Source of the DNA: a virus
Lineage: Duplodnaviria; Caudoviricetes
DNA: 64,000 nt
Reading direction: 5' to 3' (one strand)
IMG/VR virus record: IMGVR_UViG_3300047189_000056
Span: 541 to 64,540 of that record
Of the stretch, positions 61,001 through 64,000 are shown piece by piece. A model generated the notes under the pieces. The model was not told the origin of the DNA. It worked only from the letters and a program-made list of their open reading frames with translations, and did no database searches. The position numbers and the translations under genes are program-made. How positions within the stretch are numbered: position 1 is the stretch's first letter; every line of letters starts with the position of its first letter.

Positions 61001-62926
61001 GACCTAACTACCAGTGTGACGACAACCTCAACTTCATTCACCGCCTTTGCTGGGGCAACAACCTTATTGACTATTGGTGGAACTGGGTCAAGTGCATCCC
61101 TATTCGCACCAAGTACCCTTGATGCCACTACCTCAATTACAGGGGCAATCAGAACTTCTGGAGGTATCTCTGCTGCGAAAGCATTGAACATTGGAACAAC
61201 CATAATAGCAGGAACGAGTATTGAAACACCTTTTCTTGTTCTTGGTACTTCCGCCACAGCGGCAGATGCCGGAGCAATAAGACTCCCTAATGCTACCAAT
61301 ATCGCATGGGAACTGGCAGCAACCGGAACAGATGTAACGTTTGGTGTTAATTCCTCAGATGATATGGTTGCGGCACTTGTGGCAGCGACAGATATTTTCC
61401 AGATCACTACGGGTAATTTTAAAGTAGGTGCAGGGTCAAATGGGAATACCTTTGATGGTGCGGATGCCTATATTACAGGATTCCTCGAAGTGGACGGTAT
61501 AATTTATGCTGATGGAGGAATATCGGGAGCTCATAATGGAACAGTTGGAGCAACGACTCCGGCCGCAGGGGTATTCACGACCCTCACGGCTAATGCAGTC
61601 AGTTCTTTAACCCTTGGTTCAACAACTGGTCCCATAAAAGGAAGTGCGATATTCTGGGGGGCTACCTCTGGTTCAAGTGTCCTATCTGCTCCTGATGTTG
61701 CTGGTTCGGCTACAGCCATAGTCCTTCCTTCTGCGGCTGGGACACTTCAATTAACAACCGGATCTCCAGCAGGGTTTATTATCGCTTCTCAGGCCATTGG
61801 CGACCTTCTCTATGCCTCGAGTACGACGGCATGGGCAAGATTGGGAATTCAAGCAGCGGGTTATATTCTTGCAGGTGGGACAATCCCAGCATGGTCTAAC
61901 GCTCCCCAGATAACCACGATAGAGTTAGGTGCGGCCACAGATACCACACTTAGCAGGGTTAGTGCTGGTGTGATTGCTGTTGAAGGTGTAACATTAGCAA
62001 CCTTAACAGCCCCCACTTTTGTAACTTCTGTCGCCTTGCCAGCTACTTTAACTTCTGCGGCTGCGGTTACTTGGACTCTCATGGACAATCAGGCATCGGG
62101 TCTCTCCTTTGGAGCTACAGGTGCAGCGGATATTCTGAAGATAGGCACCTTAGACGCTGGGCCAGGAGTTACCGTGACAGGATTCCTTACGGCTACAGGA
62201 ACCATTACAGGATCACTCACAGGGAACGTCACTGGAAATGCAAGTGGATCAGCAGCAACCCTTACTGGAACTCTCGCCAACGTTGCATCCAGCACGTCAG
62301 CCAACTTAGCTACTTGCTTATCTGATGAGCAAGGGACTGGGGTGGCAGTCTTCTCAGACTCCCCAACTTTTGTGGATGACATCACGATTGCAGCAGCAGG
62401 AGTTAAACTCACAGGGGCAAATGGCGCCTTGACAATCTTAGGTCTGGGTGATGGTGCAGATGAGGATGTAAAGATTGATCTCAACACTACGGCCAACACG
62501 ATCATCATTTCAAGTCCTGCAAGTTCAGCAACAACTCTTTCACTCTCAGCCCTCAACCTTGTTACCACAGGCACGATTCAGGGTGGAATCTTAATTAACT
62601 CTGATGCTGATGGTATGGACGCAGCAGCAATGACTGCGGTTGGAGTTCGTGGAACACTCTTCATTGCCACTGGTGCAGGGACATGGATTCTACCTACCGC
62701 AGTAGTTGGAATGTCAGTATGTGTAAAGGATAGTGGAACGAGCCATGACCTTATCGTTGATGTCACGACGAACGATTACATCATCCTCAAGGGGACGACA
62801 CTGGTGCAAAACGCTGGTATCACCAATGCCGCCACAGCCACCACAGGTGACTTTGTGTGCCTCGTGGCAACAGCAGCAGGATACTGGTCTACGATGGGTA
62901 TGGGTGGTGCCTGGGTCAGTCAATGA
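55079..62926 (+). CDS. Giant T/G/A-rich fibre/adhesin-like protein with signal peptide (2615 aa)
   Basis: SD GGAGGAG; MKKLFVLLFTLVLINCPIYAEA; fibre-type motifs TLTLPTTDG...L.TDGSG.LSW and GSDTQVQFNDGG; internal repeats. Confidence 0.8.
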   Translation: MKKLFVLLFTLVLINCPIYAEAAKLLISSSGNATMIQGRNVESAAPTDADCLMWNDAASEWQAAACPGAGTGAPTDAEYVTFAAVGALSAERVLTEATGIDLSTAIAGQIRVSVNTTEIGTTTWGSGGASYLWTYNVSGTTDPVLTVSDGVLNLSAGTLQQAGVKVALGIATSTDNRLVRWDSTGGQQLQTSAITVDDTGNTSGMGTLGVGAITGGTYNKITITTPATGATLTLAEGSNLITAGAFATTFTTTDTTGVTLPTSGTLYGTATGSITSAQLATSLSNETGTGVAVFGTSPTFTTTILPSAAGATAIGTELLPFSSIFIGDEASKSVKLVNTAAAADVVLTLPSTTGTLALIDSQVFTTYIESPYIILGSAATAADAGAIRLPNATGNIAWEKATAGTDTTLGLNATDDMVLALVAADDLFQITTGNLKIGAGTQTQTLDGADAYITGFLEVDGIIYADGGVTTTTLTAGSANSLTLGTDSAGGVPAIGSVIFHNATNTNHFTITSGTSGAAIGWTLPTAAPAGNDYLVKSSTAGVLGYTDPATFQGVLTNSAGLLGALSDEVGTGYAVFNTAPTFVTSITPTAAGATTIGTTALEWGNVYLTDSAVIYGQADQSATLTSSASLWTANNFGVTTQFKLPSSDADPTATAGYLRHDSTITNFTGGGLVYYNGAAIKQLVDMTTATAQACTEAQVIVYDATADLWKCADAPAADADIVAIAALTVAQGHFIVGNADPVWSLSTYHLPIVACTENQILKADASGNFLCGADADTGGATAWNAIGDAAAPGSIDFVTHQQTITGQLNSAGAMLTMTNTVTDLGADVSLIDFGFKDSDDANAFVFRVYDTDATSTILASMTGLGALSVASITATGAVVPGTADTYTLGSATAEWSDLFLGDGAVIYGQINQSATLTSSASLWTANNFAITGYLALGADPADTGSIRLPNAGYIYSEADVAGTDISVIGVDSAEIIQIGASGASGVTITPALTVTGHVTLEAITSTGATGTGKLVFDTAPVFVTSIEAPFLILGTTATAADAGAIRLPNAAYIMAEADTAGTDISIIGVDSAEIIQIGASGASGVTITPALTVTGHLTFESITSTGATGTGKLVFDTAPVFTTSIEAPFLVLGTATTAADTGAIRLPNASYIFSEAAPDGTDISVIGVDSGEIIQIGASGASAVTITPATTITGALTLSSTVNKVTITPPASAATLTLVDGSSLITVGAYAVTLTATGTTGVTLPTSGTLLNNTLADGYIYVGSVTTNVATARLMSGDVTISNTGVTAIGADKVNATHIDWGTGTNQIDIDDIPDSATYQKVLADDVDTAGHVNRLYDSDGVGYITITGLSVARAITLVDAAQTLVNLASNQIFTGTNTFQTVQYFGDASNAGTFRVYDGSSNYTTVGFPAAAGNMTFNLPITNGTSGNFLQTDGSGNTSWTITGIATGAGDCTGGACLDGTSDGGTWIKFYDAQGATQLIGGDTAGVVVLTLPTTTSTLMGTGFSNGDGLIFGDTYPPDAAGEIGYSGGVLAYYDGTGSRTVMAEARASGGLLFGDSTPDTEGEIGYASDVLSYWGTSATRSVAALERAQTFTANNVFGDADTDTLTLRSMLIGGNSREVQINAGTRTAPTYPSAAPTQDLYVKGNVEVAGTIYGAGFTGSVGTEGQRGITLTSNNALTPTADQIYFVLDGLHFSEAGAEKHPMKLEDAQTATGLKIFEAGIYLGDTDTTTVFKLSDGSTNYVTIAVPAIAADYTLTLPTTDGNASQYLKTDGSGTLSWDSPTATAAGSDTQVQFNDGGSALGGDSGFTFNKTTNALTLGANAAGGTLVLYNELGVTDYTVTIAPHASQAANATITLPAATATLIGTGANTFTGAQTLKAGSIGVGGAPLYFTSGTNLTSAAVGAMEFDGTYLYFSPSTTRYSIPLALAAAPLNFTTGGTTARLITLPDAAITVARIDAGQTFTGIQAMTSPDLTTSVTTTSTSFTAFAGATTLLTIGGTGSSASLFAPSTLDATTSITGAIRTSGGISAAKALNIGTTIIAGTSIETPFLVLGTSATAADAGAIRLPNATNIAWELAATGTDVTFGVNSSDDMVAALVAATDIFQITTGNFKVGAGSNGNTFDGADAYITGFLEVDGIIYADGGISGAHNGTVGATTPAAGVFTTLTANAVSSLTLGSTTGPIKGSAIFWGATSGSSVLSAPDVAGSATAIVLPSAAGTLQLTTGSPAGFIIASQAIGDLLYASSTTAWARLGIQAAGYILAGGTIPAWSNAPQITTIELGAATDTTLSRVSAGVIAVEGVTLATLTAPTFVTSVALPATLTSAAAVTWTLMDNQASGLSFGATGAADILKIGTLDAGPGVTVTGFLTATGTITGSLTGNVTGNASGSAATLTGTLANVASSTSANLATCLSDEQGTGVAVFSDSPTFVDDITIAAAGVKLTGANGALTILGLGDGADEDVKIDLNTTANTIIISSPASSATTLSLSALNLVTTGTIQGGILINSDADGMDAAAMTAVGVRGTLFIATGAGTWILPTAVVGMSVCVKDSGTSHDLIVDVTTNDYIILKGTTLVQNAGITNAATATTGDFVCLVATAAGYWSTMGMGGAWVSQ

Positions 62927-63495
62927 TGAAGCGATGTAGTTATTGTCGAACAATTAAACCGATAGATTGCTTTTATAAGCACAGTTATAGTAAGGATGGA
63001 TTATCGAATGTCTGTTCGGATTGTCATAGGACGATGTCGAAGAAGTGGTCAGATAGTAATAAAGATAAAGTAGCAGCAAAGTCTTTAAAATGGAAAAATT
63101 CAAACAGGGAAAAATGGAGAGAAGCAAAACGGAAATGGATGAAAAATAGAAGACAAAAAGCAACCCCGATAGATAAACTACACCATAATGTCAGATCTAA
63201 GGTGTGGGAACAGTTGAAAAAAGGTAAAAACAGAAGATCTACCTTTGTATTATTGGGATATACTTCCGATGAATTAAAATTGAATCTTGAAAAACGGTTT
63301 AAATCTGGAATGTCATGGGATAATTATGGGGAATGGCATATCGACCACATTGTACCAAGGGCAGCATTTAACATCACTTGTGCAGAGGATTTTGATTTTA
63401 AGAGATGTTGGGCATTGGACAATTTGCAACCTCTATGGAAGACTGATAATTTTTATAAAAGTAATAAACTGATTATTCCATGGGTAACACAATAA
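62923..63495 (+). CDS. HNH-type homing endonuclease
   Basis: KRC..C...F.......DGL...C..C; GMSWDNYGEWHIDHIVP...NLQPLW..DN..K. Confidence 0.88.
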   Translation: MMKRCSYCRTIKPIDCFYKHSYSKDGLSNVCSDCHRTMSKKWSDSNKDKVAAKSLKWKNSNREKWREAKRKWMKNRRQKATPIDKLHHNVRSKVWEQLKKGKNRRSTFVLLGYTSDELKLNLEKRFKSGMSWDNYGEWHIDHIVPRAAFNITCAEDFDFKRCWALDNLQPLWKTDNFYKSNKLIIPWVTQ

Positions 63496-63505
63496 AGGAG
63501 TCAAC

Positions 63506-64000
63506 ATGAAAAAACTTCTTCTTATAATTCTGATTTTGTTCTTCCCAGTTTTGGTTAGGGCTGGTGGAGTGATGATAGTAGGAGGAGGAACGCCAGTAAT
63601 TGCGGGTCACACCGACTATACCGCTGATGTCAATTGCCAAGGGGCATGGCTATTTACTGATTTAACTGATTCCTCTGGAAAAGGAAATACCCTCACCAAT
63701 GTTGGCACAACAACCTTTAGTAATGCAGATTTGCCCACTGGATATACAACGGGTCAAGCAGCAGTTTTAAATGGGACAACCCAAACTCTTATCCGTGCAG
63801 ACGCTGATTTAACTACAAATTTCCCAGGCAAGAAAGCAACGTGCCCCGATTGGGCTTTAGCATTTTGGTTCAAACCAGATGCCGTTGCAACAGACGCAGA
63901 GATGGTTAGTAAAGCCAATAATGGATGGTATACCAATTTAACCTGGAGAACTGGTGCAGTTTATGATGCACTTTATTTCAAACAGTATGATACGGGATGG
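63506..64000 (+). CDS. Signal-peptide LamG/ConA-like protein, 3'-truncated by the window edge
   Basis: SD AAGGAG; MKKLLLIILILFFPVLVRA; W.F....DSSG.GN.LT, FWFKP. Confidence 0.75.
   Translation, partial: MKKLLLIILILFFPVLVRAGGVMIVGGGTPVIAGHTDYTADVNCQGAWLFTDLTDSSGKGNTLTNVGTTTFSNADLPTGYTTGQAAVLNGTTQTLIRADADLTTNFPGKKATCPDWALAFWFKPDAVATDAEMVSKANNGWYTNLTWRTGAVYDALYFKQYDTGW

Noticed and set aside
55079-62926. Diversity-generating retroelement (TR/VR) behind the fibre repeats
   Set aside because: No reverse transcriptase, and repeat differences are synonymous at all bases rather than adenine-specific
1-64000. Alternative genetic code or stop-codon recoding; direct joining of the two window ends
   Set aside because: Genes are full length in code 11. 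The terminal LamG-like domain is incomplete, so some sequence is missing between end and start

Overview
The window is almost all of a circularly permuted temperate tailed phage genome in its excised form (intact attP), most likely podovirus-like and infecting a Gram-negative host. It has a GpA-type terminase, P22-like portal, N4-gp56-like capsid, tail nozzle and large ejection proteins, with no tail tube or tape measure gene. Gene order: end of an exported-protein/fibre module (1-1.9 kb); lysis genes (M15 endolysin, holin-like); a long leftward early operon (Sak4-like AAA, SMC-like ATPase, RecE-like exonuclease, YopX); cI/cro switch; tyrosine integrase plus attP matching a tRNA-Gln-like 3' end; MTase and replication initiator; a putative sigma54-driven antisense cassette; terS/terL, portal, scaffold, capsid; a glycosyltransferase/methyltransferase/radical-SAM block; adaptor, nozzle, ejection proteins; and a 2.6-kaa fibre-like protein. 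About 11 free-standing homing-type endonuclease genes are scattered throughout. Main unusual observations: (1) a fibre module whose proteins all carry Sec signal peptides, the largest also with paired cysteines; (2) an unannotated 41-aa peptide copying the capsid protein N-arm; (3) an antisense membrane moron ending in the same NEF[S/G]DLIP motif as the large ejection protein; (4) an HNH gene that truncated a gene and carries a recoded replacement 5' end; (5) a twice-repeated two-hairpin RNA motif in the late operon; (6) attP placed so that integration separates replication genes from PR. All product calls are from motif recognition by eye, not database searches.
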